64,000 bases of DNA from Gemmatimonadaceae bacterium. Lineage in GTDB: Bacteria > Gemmatimonadota > Gemmatimonadetes > Gemmatimonadales > Gemmatimonadaceae. Positions 33,606 through 43,432 of the stretch are shown piece by piece (position 1 is the stretch's first letter; the number at the start of each line of letters is the position of its first letter). The notes beneath the pieces are model-generated. The model worked only from the letters and a program-made list of their open reading frames with translations. It was not told the origin of the DNA and did no database searches. The position numbers were made by a program, and so were the translations under genes. Location: assembly GCA_045803545.1 (NCBI GenBank), contig JBJMOW010000005.1:384001-448000 (forward strand), read 5' to 3'.

Positions 33606-36600
33606 CAGACGCTGGCTTCCCGGGGGATACGCGCGTGCCACTCTTGGAGAGACAGCACCGACGGCGCGCGCGAGCGCAACGCGAGGATGGCATCACACGC
33701 CGCGTTTGCCGCGGATAGCGTCGTCGTATACGCAACGCGATTCGCGATCGCCGCCTGTCGCATGGTGTAGTCGTCGCGCTGCGATTCCTTGCCAAGCGGG
33801 GTGTTGATCAGGAGTTTGATCTCTCCGTTCAGCATCAGGTCGACACCGTTGGGCCGACCCTCAAAAATCTTCAGCACGCTCTCGGCGGGAATGCCACGTG
33901 CCCGCAGGTATTTCGCCGTACCGGCGGTAGCGACGAGACGGAAGCCCATCTCGTAGAAGCGACGCGCGATTGGTGTGATACCGCGCTTGTCGGAATCGTT
34001 GACGGTGATGAAGATCGCGCCCTGGGTCGGAAGGATATTGTCCGCTGCCAACTGCGCCTTGAAGAAAGCTGCGCCGAACGAGTCGGAAATCCCCATTACT
34101 TCACCGGTCGAACGCATCTCCGGACCGAGAATCGGATCGAACTCCCGGAACTTGTTGAACGGGAAGACCGCTTCTTTCACCGAGATGTAGGCGGGCGCCA
34201 CTTCTTCTGTGAAACCGATTTCCTCGAGCGATTCGCCGAGCATTACCCGGGCGGCGTATGCGGCGAGCGGAACACCAATCGCCTTCGACACAAAAGGCAC
34301 CGTGCGGCTACCGCGCGGGTTCACTTCCAGCACGTAGACCTGTCCGTCTTTGACCGCGTACTGGACGTTGATGAGTCCGACAACGTTGAGCGCCTTCGCC
34401 AAGGCGACCGTGTGCTCGCGCATCTCCTGAATGTCTTCTTCGTCGATCAGGTACGGGGGCAGCACGCACGCGGAATCGCCGGAATGAATACCGGCATCCT
34501 CGATGTGCTGCATCACACCTCCGATGACGACGCGCTCGCCATCGCAGATCGCATCGACGTCGGCTTCGAACGCATCTTCCAGAAAACGGTCGATCAGTAC
34601 TGGCTTATCTTCCGAAACCCGCGCTGCGCGCTCGAAATAATCCTCGAGCGAGGCTTCGTCGTAAACAATTTCCATGGCGCGTCCGCCGAGCACATAAGAC
34701 GGTCGGACGAGCACCGGATAGCCAATCCTTCGAGCGGCCTTTACGGCTTCGTCGAGATTCGTCGCCGTTCCGTTCTCCGGTTGGCGAATGTCGAGGCTCC
34801 GCGCGATGGCGTCGAATCGTCGGCGATCTTCGGCAATGTCGATTGAATCCGGCTGGGTGCCGAGGATGTTCACACCCGCTTCGGCGAGGCCATTGGTCAG
34901 CTTTAGCGGAGTCTGGCCTCCGAGCTGGACGATGACACCGAGCGGCTGCTCGCGATCGACAATGTCCAGCACGTGCTCCAGAGTGAGCGGCTCGAAGTAA
35001 AGCTTGTCGGAAATGTCGAAGTCAGTGGAGACGGTCTCGGGATTCGAGTTGATCATGATCGTCTCGTATCCCTGCTCGCGCAGCGCGAGGGCAGCGCGTA
35101 CGCAGCAGTAATCGAACTCGACTCCCTGGCCAATTCGATTGGGCCCGCTGCCGAGGATGACGACTGATTTCTTGCCGGTCCTGGGTGCTTCGCTCTCTTC
35201 GTCGTAGCTGCTATACAGGTATGGAGTCGCCGACGGGAACTCGCCAGCGCAAGTGTCCACCATCTTGTACGCAGGCGTAACTCCGAACCCGATCCGGCGT
35301 GCGCGTGCGGCTTTTTCTGTTTCGCCACGCAAATCACCGAGCTGTTTGTCCGAGAAGCCCATGCGCTTCATCCGCCACAGCGCATCCTTGTCGATGGTCT
35401 TGAGCTCGGCGAACGCGCGCTCCGCGTCCAGCAATTCTTGCAGCTGGGAGAGGAACCACTTATCGATCCAGGTCAGCTCATACACCTCGTCGATCGACAT
35501 CCCTGCCTGCAACGCGCGCTTGATCTGGAAGATTCTTTCCGGAGTTGCCTGTCGTAGCGCAGCGCGCAGAATCTCGAGCGATTCATCGACGAGCCGGTCG
35601 TCGGCGGGCGATGCCGTCGTCCAGCCGGGCCGACCGATTTCCAGCGCGCGGAGCGCCTTCTGGAATGCTTCCTTGAAGGTGCGGCCGATCGCCATCGACT
35701 CGCCGACGGATTTCATCTGCGTCGTAAGTCGAGGATCGGCGGCGCGGAACTTCTCGAACGCGAAGCGGGGACATTTCACCACCACGTAGTCGAGAACCGG
35801 CTCGAAGGACGCGGGGGTGGTACCCGTAATGTCGTTCGGGATCTCGTCGAGACGGTAACCGACAGCGAGCTTGGTGCCGATGCGTGCGATTGGGAATCCT
35901 GTCGCCTTCGACGCCAGTGCCGAGGAGCGCGAGACGCGAGGGTTCATTTCGATCACCAGCATCTCACCGTCTTCCGGATTGATCGCGAACTGGATGTTGC
36001 AGCCGCCCGCCTCGACGCCGATCTCGCGAATGACGGCGACGGCTGCATCGCGCATGAGCTGATACTCGCGGTCGGTAAGCGTCATCGCCGGCGCGACGGT
36101 TATCGAATCGCCGGTGTGAATTCCCATCGGATCGATGTTCTCGATCGAGCAGACAATGACGACGTTGTCAGCCCCGTCGCGCATCACCTCGAGCTCGAAC
36201 TCCTTCCAGCCGATCACGCTTCGCTCGACGAGAACCTGGGTCACCGGCGAGAGGTCGAGCCCGCGGCGAGCGATGTCCTCGAATTCCTGACGATTATAGG
36301 CGATGCCGCCGCCACTGCCGCCGAGGGTGAACGCTGGACGGATGATCGCGGGAAATCCGGTGAGCTCGAGAATCTCACAGGCCTGCTGCAGCGTCGTCGC
36401 AATCCCGCCCTCGGCGCACACCAGGCCGATTCGCTTCATCGCATCGGCGAATTGTTTGCGATCCTCAGCCATTGCGATCGCGCGCGCATCGGCGCCGATG
36501 AGCTCGACGCCGTAATTATCCAGCACGCCGCGCTCATCGAGCTTCATCGCCACGTTGAGCGCGGTTTGCCCACCCATCGTCGGCAGCAGTGCGTCGGGCC

Positions 36601-36844
36601 GCTCCTTGGCGATCACCAGCTCGACGTACTCGGCCGTCACTGGCTCGATGTAGGTACGATCCGCGAACTCGGGATCCGTCATGATGGTGGCCGGATTGGA
36701 ATTCACCAGCACTACTTCAAACCCTTCTTCGCGCAATGCCTTGGCCGCCTGGGTTCCCGAATAATCGAACTCAGCCCCCTGCCCGATCACGATTGGGCCG
36801 GACCCGATGACGAGGATTTTGCGGAGGTCGGTACGCTTAGGCAT
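33605..36844 (-). CDS. carB: Carbamoyl-phosphate synthase large subunit
   Basis: [20 protein letters not shown], two ATP-grasp halves, C-terminal MGS domain. Confidence 0.99.
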   Translation of the reverse strand: MPKRTDLRKILVIGSGPIVIGQGAEFDYSGTQAAKALREEGFEVVLVNSNPATIMTDPEFADRTYIEPVTAEYVELVIAKERPDALLPTMGGQTALNVAMKLDERGVLDNYGVELIGADARAIAMAEDRKQFADAMKRIGLVCAEGGIATTLQQACEILELTGFPAIIRPAFTLGGSGGGIAYNRQEFEDIARRGLDLSPVTQVLVERSVIGWKEFELEVMRDGADNVVIVCSIENIDPMGIHTGDSITVAPAMTLTDREYQLMRDAAVAVIREIGVEAGGCNIQFAINPEDGEMLVIEMNPRVSRSSALASKATGFPIARIGTKLAVGYRLDEIPNDITGTTPASFEPVLDYVVVKCPRFAFEKFRAADPRLTTQMKSVGESMAIGRTFKEAFQKALRALEIGRPGWTTASPADDRLVDESLEILRAALRQATPERIFQIKRALQAGMSIDEVYELTWIDKWFLSQLQELLDAERAFAELKTIDKDALWRMKRMGFSDKQLGDLRGETEKAARARRIGFGVTPAYKMVDTCAGEFPSATPYLYSSYDEESEAPRTGKKSVVILGSGPNRIGQGVEFDYCCVRAALALREQGYETIMINSNPETVSTDFDISDKLYFEPLTLEHVLDIVDREQPLGVIVQLGGQTPLKLTNGLAEAGVNILGTQPDSIDIAEDRRRFDAIARSLDIRQPENGTATNLDEAVKAARRIGYPVLVRPSYVLGGRAMEIVYDEASLEDYFERAARVSEDKPVLIDRFLEDAFEADVDAICDGERVVIGGVMQHIEDAGIHSGDSACVLPPYLIDEEDIQEMREHTVALAKALNVVGLINVQYAVKDGQVYVLEVNPRGSRTVPFVSKAIGVPLAAYAARVMLGESLEEIGFTEEVAPAYISVKEAVFPFNKFREFDPILGPEMRSTGEVMGISDSFGAAFFKAQLAADNILPTQGAIFITVNDSDKRGITPIARRFYEMGFRLVATAGTAKYLRARGIPAESVLKIFEGRPNGVDLMLNGEIKLLINTPLGKESQRDDYTMRQAAIANRVAYTTTLSAANAACDAILALRSRAPSVLSLQEWHARIPREASV

Positions 36845-36873
36845 TCAAATTCGAGATTCGATCACAATCAAAA

Positions 36874-38169
36874 CTAACGTCGTCTGCTGCAATCGTCGGG
36901 GCGAACCTCGCATCCCCACGGCGCGGGGTCAGACTTGCGTGCCGGTCGATTCGCTGTCGTGACATAGGCGCTGTCCTCGGTCATGAGAAAGCTCCGCACG
37001 TATGGTTTTCCGTAGACCACAGGTCGCATGGAAAGGGAAAAGGTCCGCACAGGCTTCCGTTGGGAACTGCGCGGTGAGGCGTAAATCAGTCGATACGGTG
37101 TCCCATCACGAAGGTGCACAACGCTCGTATCACCATGCAAACGACACCCAACGTCCTTGGGAAGATGCAGTGGATACTCGGTCCACTCGCTGACTGTTTC
37201 GCTACTGATGCAACCGCGAATGTACGCGAGGTCGAGGAAAACACTGTCGACCAGCAAAGCTGGCATTGCCGAGGACGGGGTCACCGTCCTGAGTGGGATA
37301 TCGTCGATTTCCCGAAGCAAGATCCCCGTCTCATCGGTCATATACTTTGTCGGTGCGTACTCGCCAGCCGTAGCGACGGCGAAAAAGCCACCCTCCTTAT
37401 TCGGCAGAATTTCCAGAATGACGTTCTGATTCTTGAGGGCCGTCACCAGCGAGTCGACGCAGTTCGTGTGAACGCAGATGTGCAGACTGGTACGCGCCGC
37501 TTCAAGCGCAATTGCAGTTCGTTTATCGACCTCGACGCTCTCGGCCTTCGCTCTCGTTTCATTCTCGACCATCGATTTCTGAATATCTCGTTGTTCAGTG
37601 GCAGCCAGGCCCGAGTTGATGTGCACGAAAATGAACACCGGCAGCAACAGCGTTGCATACCCGAACCCACCAGCCATTCTCGCGTCACGCGCACCGTCGG
37701 GAGCCAAAGCTCGCCGTGCGCAATACCTCAACGCGAACTGGACGACGAAGAGCGCGAGTAGCGCCGACAACCCCGCGCCCTGGAGCTGGCCGGCGATGTC
37801 ACCCATGACCATCCCGACGTACCCCAGCGGGCTGGGGGTCATCATCAGGAGCAACAACAACCCCAGTCCACTTGCGATGGTAACGAACAGGATTCCGACG
37901 ATCGACGCGCGCGAAAGTGCTTTGGCGAATTCGAAAAGGAGTTGAGGCGGGTTGGGCAGCAAGGAGAGCACTACTATCAAGGCGTAGGGAGCGGCAAGGA
38001 CCGCCGTGTACAAGACCGCGGCCAGACTGTCGGGCCTTCCGCGCTCCACACTCTGCGGATCCCCGTGTGCGACATAGATGGCGCACATCACAACGAGCAG
38101 GAGCACCGACACCATCGACCAGAGTGCGACCTGGGTTTTGCTGGAAAGCACTGGCGGTGGCGCGGTCAT
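36874..38169 (-). CDS. Hypothetical membrane protein with several N-terminal TM spans and a C-terminal extracytoplasmic domain
   Basis: 431-aa ORF filling the rpmB-carB gap; hydrophobic N-half; start uncertain (no SD). Confidence 0.65.
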   Translation of the reverse strand: MTAPPPVLSSKTQVALWSMVSVLLLVVMCAIYVAHGDPQSVERGRPDSLAAVLYTAVLAAPYALIVVLSLLPNPPQLLFEFAKALSRASIVGILFVTIASGLGLLLLLMMTPSPLGYVGMVMGDIAGQLQGAGLSALLALFVVQFALRYCARRALAPDGARDARMAGGFGYATLLLPVFIFVHINSGLAATEQRDIQKSMVENETRAKAESVEVDKRTAIALEAARTSLHICVHTNCVDSLVTALKNQNVILEILPNKEGGFFAVATAGEYAPTKYMTDETGILLREIDDIPLRTVTPSSAMPALLVDSVFLDLAYIRGCISSETVSEWTEYPLHLPKDVGCRLHGDTSVVHLRDGTPYRLIYASPRSSQRKPVRTFSLSMRPVVYGKPYVRSFLMTEDSAYVTTANRPARKSDPAPWGCEVRPDDCSRRR

Positions 38170-38172
38170 AAG

Positions 38173-38198
38173 AAAAAGGGCGCCTCTAGGGCGCCCTT
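38173..38198 (-). terminator. Intrinsic terminator of the alpha operon/rpmB
   Basis: aagggcgcc / ggcgccctt stem followed by a U-tract on the minus strand. Confidence 0.85.
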
Positions 38199-38229
38199 CT
38201 CGGCGAGTTTATAGAAACCCACGCTACCC

Positions 38230-38451
38230 CTACGCAGCGCTCTTTCCTCTCGGCGCGCGCTGAATCTTTCCAGCGTGGAGGCAGCGAGTGCAAACCTTCA
38301 CTTTGGTAATTTTCCCATCTATGACGATGCGCGCGACCTGAAGATTCGGCTTCCAGGTGCGACGCGTCTTATTGTTCGCGTGCGAGACGTTGTTGCCGTA
38401 AGCGACACCTTTGTCACAGACGTAGCAGCGATTTCTCTTGATCTGCGCCAT
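38230..38451 (-). CDS. rpmB: 50S ribosomal protein L28 (Cys-containing form)
   Basis: [24 protein letters not shown]...VCTRCL. Confidence 0.97.
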   Translation of the reverse strand: MAQIKRNRCYVCDKGVAYGNNVSHANNKTRRTWKPNLQVARIVIDGKITKVKVCTRCLHAGKIQRAPRGKSAA

Positions 38452-38454
38452 GGT

Positions 38455-38817
38455 TTAGCCCTCCGCCGCGATGAGCTCGATGCGCGCCATTTCCGCGCCA
38501 TCGCCCTTGCGATGACCGGTCTTGAGAATGCGCGTGTACCCGCCCTTTCTCGTAGCGAATCGCGGCGCGACATCCTTGAACAATTTGTCGGCAGTCTCGC
38601 GATGCGGGACGTGACGACCGGTGAGACGGCGGCTGTGCAGCGTTCCCGTCTTTGCCTTCGTGATCAGCTTCTCGACGAACGGACGAAGCTCCTTCGCTTT
38701 CGCCTCCGTCGTCTCGATCGCGCCACGCTCGATGAGCGCCTTCGCCAGGCCTCTCATCAGCGCGAGCTTTTGCTCGCTGGTGCGACGAAGCTGCTTGCCT
38801 TTCTTGCGGTGACGCAT
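38455..38817 (-). CDS. rplQ: 50S ribosomal protein L17
   Basis: MRHRKKG, IETTEAKAKELR, GGYTRILK. Confidence 0.98.
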   Translation of the reverse strand: MRHRKKGKQLRRTSEQKLALMRGLAKALIERGAIETTEAKAKELRPFVEKLITKAKTGTLHSRRLTGRHVPHRETADKLFKDVAPRFATRKGGYTRILKTGHRKGDGAEMARIELIAAEG

Positions 38818-38819
38818 TC

Positions 38820-39896
38820 TTAGCCTTCCTCTTCCTCGTCGGCACCGACGGTGGCGACGTTGCGATTCGGCGGCGTGCCCTGATCGGTGATGCGGACTCC
38901 GTCAGGCGTGTCCTCGTACTTCATGCCGAAGTTGAGGTTCTCGCGCTCGAGCAAATCAGCGATTTCGTTCAGCGACTTCTTGCCGAAGTTCTTGACCTGA
39001 AGGATCTGGCTCTCACTCTGACGGACCAGATCACCAAGTGTGCGAATGTTGGAGTTCTTGAGCGAATTCACCGAGCGAACGGAGAGCTCGAAATCTTCGA
39101 TCGGGGTGCGAAGCAGCTCGCCAAGACGATGCGCGTCACCACCCGACATCTCGGTGCCCGGGGTGAGCGGCGCCGAAGCGTGCGACCCGAAGCCCGCGAA
39201 ATACTGGAAGTGAGTCTGCGCCAGCGCGGCAGCGTAGCTCACTGCCTCTTCCGGCGTGATGGTGCCGTTGGTCTCGACAGTCAGGGTCAACCGATCGTAG
39301 TCGGTGCGCTGGCCAACGCGTGTCTCGGCGACAGCGAAGTTGGCGCGCCGAACCGGGTTGTAGATCGAATCGATTCTCACGACATCGACCGGCAAAGTCT
39401 TGTCGACGACGTGCTGATCGGACTCGACGTAGCCGCGTCCGCGACCGACGTAGAGCTCGACGTTGATCTCGCGATCACCTTGCAGCGTGAACAGCTGGTG
39501 ATTGCGATCGACGATCGTGACACCGCTCTGATTCTCGATGTCCTGCGCGGTGACAGGGCCAGCCGAGCTGCGTGAGATGCGAAGCACGGTGTTCTCGACG
39601 CCTTCATCGAGCGAGAGCGTCAGCGACTTGAGATTGCCGATGATCTGATGGACATCCTCGACCACGCCCGGAATGGTCTGGTGCTCGTGGAGCACGCCGT
39701 CGATGCGGAATCCCCACACTGCCGACCCGCGGAGCGAAGACAGAAGGAGACGCCGCATGGCGTTTCCGAGGGTGTGTCCGAAGCCGCGCTCCAGCGGCTG
39801 AAGTCTGAATTCTGCGACGTTGGGATTGTCTTCGCGCTTGGTGGCTTCGACCAGCTGCGGACGGACAAGCCCTCTGAGATCAATTGCGGTTGCCAT
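38820..39896 (-). CDS. rpoA: RNA polymerase alpha subunit
   Basis: PLERGFGHTLGNAMRRLLLSS, RVGQRTDYDRL, LSVRSVNSL, NFGKKSL; start trimmed to ATG 39896. Confidence 0.98.
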   Translation of the reverse strand: MATAIDLRGLVRPQLVEATKREDNPNVAEFRLQPLERGFGHTLGNAMRRLLLSSLRGSAVWGFRIDGVLHEHQTIPGVVEDVHQIIGNLKSLTLSLDEGVENTVLRISRSSAGPVTAQDIENQSGVTIVDRNHQLFTLQGDREINVELYVGRGRGYVESDQHVVDKTLPVDVVRIDSIYNPVRRANFAVAETRVGQRTDYDRLTLTVETNGTITPEEAVSYAAALAQTHFQYFAGFGSHASAPLTPGTEMSGGDAHRLGELLRTPIEDFELSVRSVNSLKNSNIRTLGDLVRQSESQILQVKNFGKKSLNEIADLLERENLNFGMKYEDTPDGVRITDQGTPPNRNVATVGADEEEEG

Positions 39897-39977
39897 TTTC
39901 TGTTTTTTCCTTAAACAAGCCACCCCGCCCCTAACGCGCGGTGAGCCCGTAACGGGAGTTAGGGTCCCGATGAACTT

Positions 39978-40050
39978 CTGCGAACTGCGAGCTAACTAAT
40001 CATTGCGAGCTGCGAACTAACTGCGAGCTAGGCGCTTCCCGCTTCCCGCT
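39978..40050. repeat. Two abutting 7-bp repeat tracts after rpsD: CTGCGA(A/G) units and CGCTTCC units
   Basis: ctgcgaa ctgcgag...ttgcgag ctgcgaa ctaa ctgcgag; then cgcttcc cgcttcc cgct at 40033-40050. Confidence 0.8.
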
Positions 40051-40681
40051 ACTTCGAATACAACTCCACCACCAATTGCTCCTGAGCAGCAATTGGAATA
40101 TTCGGTCTGGTCGGACGCTCCAGCATCTTGCCGCTGAAGGTGTCGCGATCGACTGCGATCCATGATAGCGGAGCGCCGCGGCTCGACTGATCCATCGCTG
40201 CCATCACGCTCGCCTGCTCGCGTGACTTCATGCGGACGCGGATCTCCTGACCCGGCTCCACCAAATAGCTCGGGATGTCGACGGATTTCTGGTTTATCTC
40301 GACGTGACGGTGACGAACGAGCTGGCGCGCTGCCTTGCGGCTGCCCGCGAATCCCATGCGATACACGACGTTGTCGAGACGCGACTCCAGCGCCGCAAGA
40401 AGATTGTGTCCTGTAATCCCCGGCAGCGGCGCGACGCGCTCGAAGGTGTTCCGGAACTGTCTCTCGCTGACGCCGTAAATGCGCTTGATCTTCTGCTTCT
40501 CGCGCAGCTGCTTCGAGTACTCCGACATCTTGCGACGACGTGCGGTCGACGTTCCGTGCTGACCGGGAGGCGTCGGACGACGCTCGACCGGGCACTTCTC
40601 GGTGAAGCATTTGGTCGCCTTCAGGAACAGCTTCGTTCCTTCGCGACGGCACTGTCTGCAGCTCGCATCCGTATAGCGCAT
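40049..40681 (-). CDS. rpsD: 30S ribosomal protein S4
   Basis: CRQCRREG, QLREKQK, LESRLDNVVYRMG, VELYSK. Confidence 0.99.
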   Translation of the reverse strand: MRYTDASCRQCRREGTKLFLKATKCFTEKCPVERRPTPPGQHGTSTARRRKMSEYSKQLREKQKIKRIYGVSERQFRNTFERVAPLPGITGHNLLAALESRLDNVVYRMGFAGSRKAARQLVRHRHVEINQKSVDIPSYLVEPGQEIRVRMKSREQASVMAAMDQSSRGAPLSWIAVDRDTFSGKMLERPTRPNIPIAAQEQLVVELYSK

Positions 40682-40684
40682 CGG

Positions 40685-41062
40685 TTAGACCCTCCGACGC
40701 TTGGGCGGGCGGCAGCCGTTGTGCGGAATCGGCGTGACGTCCTTGATCGACTTGACCTGCAAGCCAGCAGCGACGAGCGCCTGGATCGCCGACTCGCGAC
40801 CCGAGCCCGGTCCCTGCACTCTCACGTGCACGCGACGAACGCCAAGCGTGAATGCCTCGCGTCCAGCCTGCTCACCAGCGACCGTAGCAGCAAATGGGGT
40901 CGACTTCTTCGATCCCTTGAAGCCGGCCTTGCCGGACGAGCCCCACGAGATCGTGTTGCCCTTGCTGTCGGTGATGGTGATGGTGGTGTTGTTGAAAGTC
41001 GCGCTGACGTGAGCGACACCTTCAGCTTCAATTATGCGTTTGGTCTTTTTGCCAACTGCCAT
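40685..41062 (-). CDS. rpsK: 30S ribosomal protein S11
   Basis: [28 protein letters not shown]. Confidence 0.99.
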   Translation of the reverse strand: MAVGKKTKRIIEAEGVAHVSATFNNTTITITDSKGNTISWGSSGKAGFKGSKKSTPFAATVAGEQAGREAFTLGVRRVHVRVQGPGSGRESAIQALVAAGLQVKSIKDVTPIPHNGCRPPKRRRV

Positions 41063-41123
41063 CGTTATCTAGTTAACCGTTACTTGGTATATAAACCCGA
41101 CGATTGTTATCCGAAGAGCCGGG

Positions 41124-41501
41124 TTACTTGGTGACTTTCTTCTTGCCCGCGATCGCGCGGCGTGGACCCTTCTTGGTACGTGCATTGGTGTGCGTGCGCT
41201 GACCACGAACGGGCAAGCCACGGCGATGACGAATACCGCGGTAGCTCCCGATGTCCATAAGTCGCTTGATGTTCATCGCGACCTCGGTTCTCAGGGCGCC
41301 TTCGACCCGATAGTCCTTCTCGATCGCCTGACGCAGCCGATTGGTATCGGCGTCGTTCAGATCACGCACTCTCTGGTCAGCGTTGACGCCAGTGGTCTCC
41401 AGAATCTCACGCGCGGTCGCGCGGCCGATGCCGAAGATGTAGGTCAGGCCGATCTCGAGTTTCTTCTCACGCGGAAGATCGACGCCAGCAATACGCGCCA
41501 T
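41124..41501 (-). CDS. rpsM: 30S ribosomal protein S13
   Basis: [26 protein letters not shown]. Confidence 0.99.
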   Translation of the reverse strand: MARIAGVDLPREKKLEIGLTYIFGIGRATAREILETTGVNADQRVRDLNDADTNRLRQAIEKDYRVEGALRTEVAMNIKRLMDIGSYRGIRHRRGLPVRGQRTHTNARTKKGPRRAIAGKKKVTK

Positions 41502-41505
41502 TTGA

Positions 41506-41622
41506 TCAGCCCTGCTTCTGTTTGTGTTTTGGATTGCGCTTGCAGATGATGCGAGTCACGCCCTGTCTTTTGATGACCTTGCAGTGCTCACAGATCGGCT
41601 TGACGCTGCTGCGAACTTTCAC
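41506..41622 (-). CDS. rpmJ: 50S ribosomal protein L36 (below ORF-track cutoff)
   Basis: Manual translation from [41 protein letters not shown]. Confidence 0.98.
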   Translation of the reverse strand: MKVRSSVKPICEHCKVIKRQGVTRIICKRNPKHKQKQG

Positions 41623-41746
41623 GACGAACTCCCGCTCGATAGCCGAAGGAGGGCAAAAGCCCTCCAAAAATTTCCGAGGTTAGCCTTGGAAAATACATTG
41701 GCTGGACAACCAATGCAACCCGCGGAGCGGTATCACTTTAGGGGAG

Positions 41747-42499
41747 CTAGATGGTCTTCATTACAGACCTGAGCTCCGAGGACGGGTCCTTGGCCTCGGT
41801 GATCATTCGGCCGAGCACGATGTAGTGGGCGCCGGCTCGGGCCGCCTCAGCAGCAGTGACCGTCCGCTTCTGGTCGTCAGTCTTCCCGCCAGCCGGACGG
41901 ATGCCCGGAACCAGCAGCTTCAGTTTTTCACCGTACTTGGCGCTGATTTTCTGCGCCTCCTGACCGCTGCAGACCACCCCGTGCGCACCCACCGACGCAC
42001 ACTCCCCCGCCAGGCGCAGCACTTCGCCGTAGACCTCCAGCGATTTGCGGCCCCACGCCTCGCGTAGCATCGCCGCGTCGAGAGAGGTCAGGATTGTGAC
42101 TCCCAGCACCCCGCACTTGTCGCCGGCACCCTCGACGGCCGCTGCGAGCATTTCTCGCCCGCCCGTAGCGTGTACAGTCAGCAGCTTGGCGCCAATGGTC
42201 GCCGCGCTCCTCGCCGCGCCCCGCACCGTGTTGGGGATGTCGTAGAGTTTGAGGTCCAGGAATACGTCTTTCCCGAGCGCACGCAACGTCTGGACGATCT
42301 GCGGCCCCGTCGCGGTAAATAGCTCACCTCCGACTTTGTAGAACCTGCAGGCGTCACCCAGACGCTCGACCATCGCCAGAGCGAGGTCGGCACGTGGAAA
42401 ATCGAGGGCGACTATTGGAATCGGCTTGCGCGAGGACGCTGGCGCTTCGCGCGCAGCCACCTTGGCCCTCGTTCCACCCGGTCGTTGCGCCGGCGTCAA
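41747..42499 (-). CDS. pyrF: Orotidine-5'-phosphate decarboxylase
   Basis: IVALD, FLDLKLYDIPNTV, GVTILTS, VPGIRP; start uncertain. Confidence 0.96.
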   Translation of the reverse strand: MTPAQRPGGTRAKVAAREAPASSRKPIPIVALDFPRADLALAMVERLGDACRFYKVGGELFTATGPQIVQTLRALGKDVFLDLKLYDIPNTVRGAARSAATIGAKLLTVHATGGREMLAAAVEGAGDKCGVLGVTILTSLDAAMLREAWGRKSLEVYGEVLRLAGECASVGAHGVVCSGQEAQKISAKYGEKLKLLVPGIRPAGGKTDDQKRTVTAAEAARAGAHYIVLGRMITEAKDPSSELRSVMKTI

Positions 42500-42500
42500 C

Positions 42501-43430
42501 TCAGGCCTGCCATTGTAGCGTGCCTCTCAGCTCGGCGAGTGAATCAACACCGTGTTGACTACACCATTTTTCGAGATCACGAACAACCTTGCCTGCGAGT
42601 CGGGGCTCCTGCATTGCTGCCGTCCCCATCGCCACCAAAGATGCACCGGCGATTATGTACTGCACGACGTCAGTCGCTTTGCTGATTCCGCCCACTCCAA
42701 TAACTGGAAGCTCGACCGCGCGCGCAACTTTGTACGTTGCCAGCACGCCGACTGGCAGTAATCCGGGACCGCTCACCCCTCCAGTGCCAAACCCGAGCGC
42801 AGGCTTGCGGCTCTCGACATCGATCGCGAGCCCGGGAAGCGTGTTCACCACCGTGATTCCATCAGCACCGGCCCCCGCCGCGATCTCCGCCGACTTACCG
42901 ATATTGGGCAAGGTTGGCGACAGCTTGACGAAGATCGGCTTGCGCGTCGCCGCTCGCGCGCCACTCACCACGGCGGTCAGCGAAGCATCGTCGGCACCGA
43001 ACTCCATTCCACCTGCCTTCACGTTCGGACAGCTGACGTTGAGCTCGAAGCCGGAAATACCGGGCGAATCATCGAGGGTCTCGACAACACCCGCGAAGTC
43101 TGCGACCTGATTTCCCACCACGTTCACCAGCACCTTCGCGCGCTGGAGATGCTGAGCAAGCCACGGCAGATGCTCTTTGCGGACTTCCTCGACCCCTGGG
43201 TTCGCGAGCCCAACGGCGTTGATCATTCCGCCATCGAACTCCGCGACTCTCGGTGCCGGGGCTCCGTGTCGGGGTTCGAGACTAACTGCTTTGGTGACGA
43301 GCCCGCCCAGCGCGTCGAGATCGATCACGCTCGCAAGCTCCCGCCCGTAGGCGGCCGTACCAGCGGCAAGTAAAACCGGATTTTGAAATTGAATCCCCGC
43401 GACTTTGACGGCGAGCGAGGAATCGGTCAC
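42501..43430 (-). CDS. pyrD: Dihydroorotate dehydrogenase, class 1 catalytic subunit
   Basis: NAVGLANPG, ELNVSCPNV, VKLSP, GGVSGP. Confidence 0.94.
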   Translation of the reverse strand: MTDSSLAVKVAGIQFQNPVLLAAGTAAYGRELASVIDLDALGGLVTKAVSLEPRHGAPAPRVAEFDGGMINAVGLANPGVEEVRKEHLPWLAQHLQRAKVLVNVVGNQVADFAGVVETLDDSPGISGFELNVSCPNVKAGGMEFGADDASLTAVVSGARAATRKPIFVKLSPTLPNIGKSAEIAAGAGADGITVVNTLPGLAIDVESRKPALGFGTGGVSGPGLLPVGVLATYKVARAVELPVIGVGGISKATDVVQYIIAGASLVAMGTAAMQEPRLAGKVVRDLEKWCSQHGVDSLAELRGTLQWQA

Positions 43431-43432
43431 CG

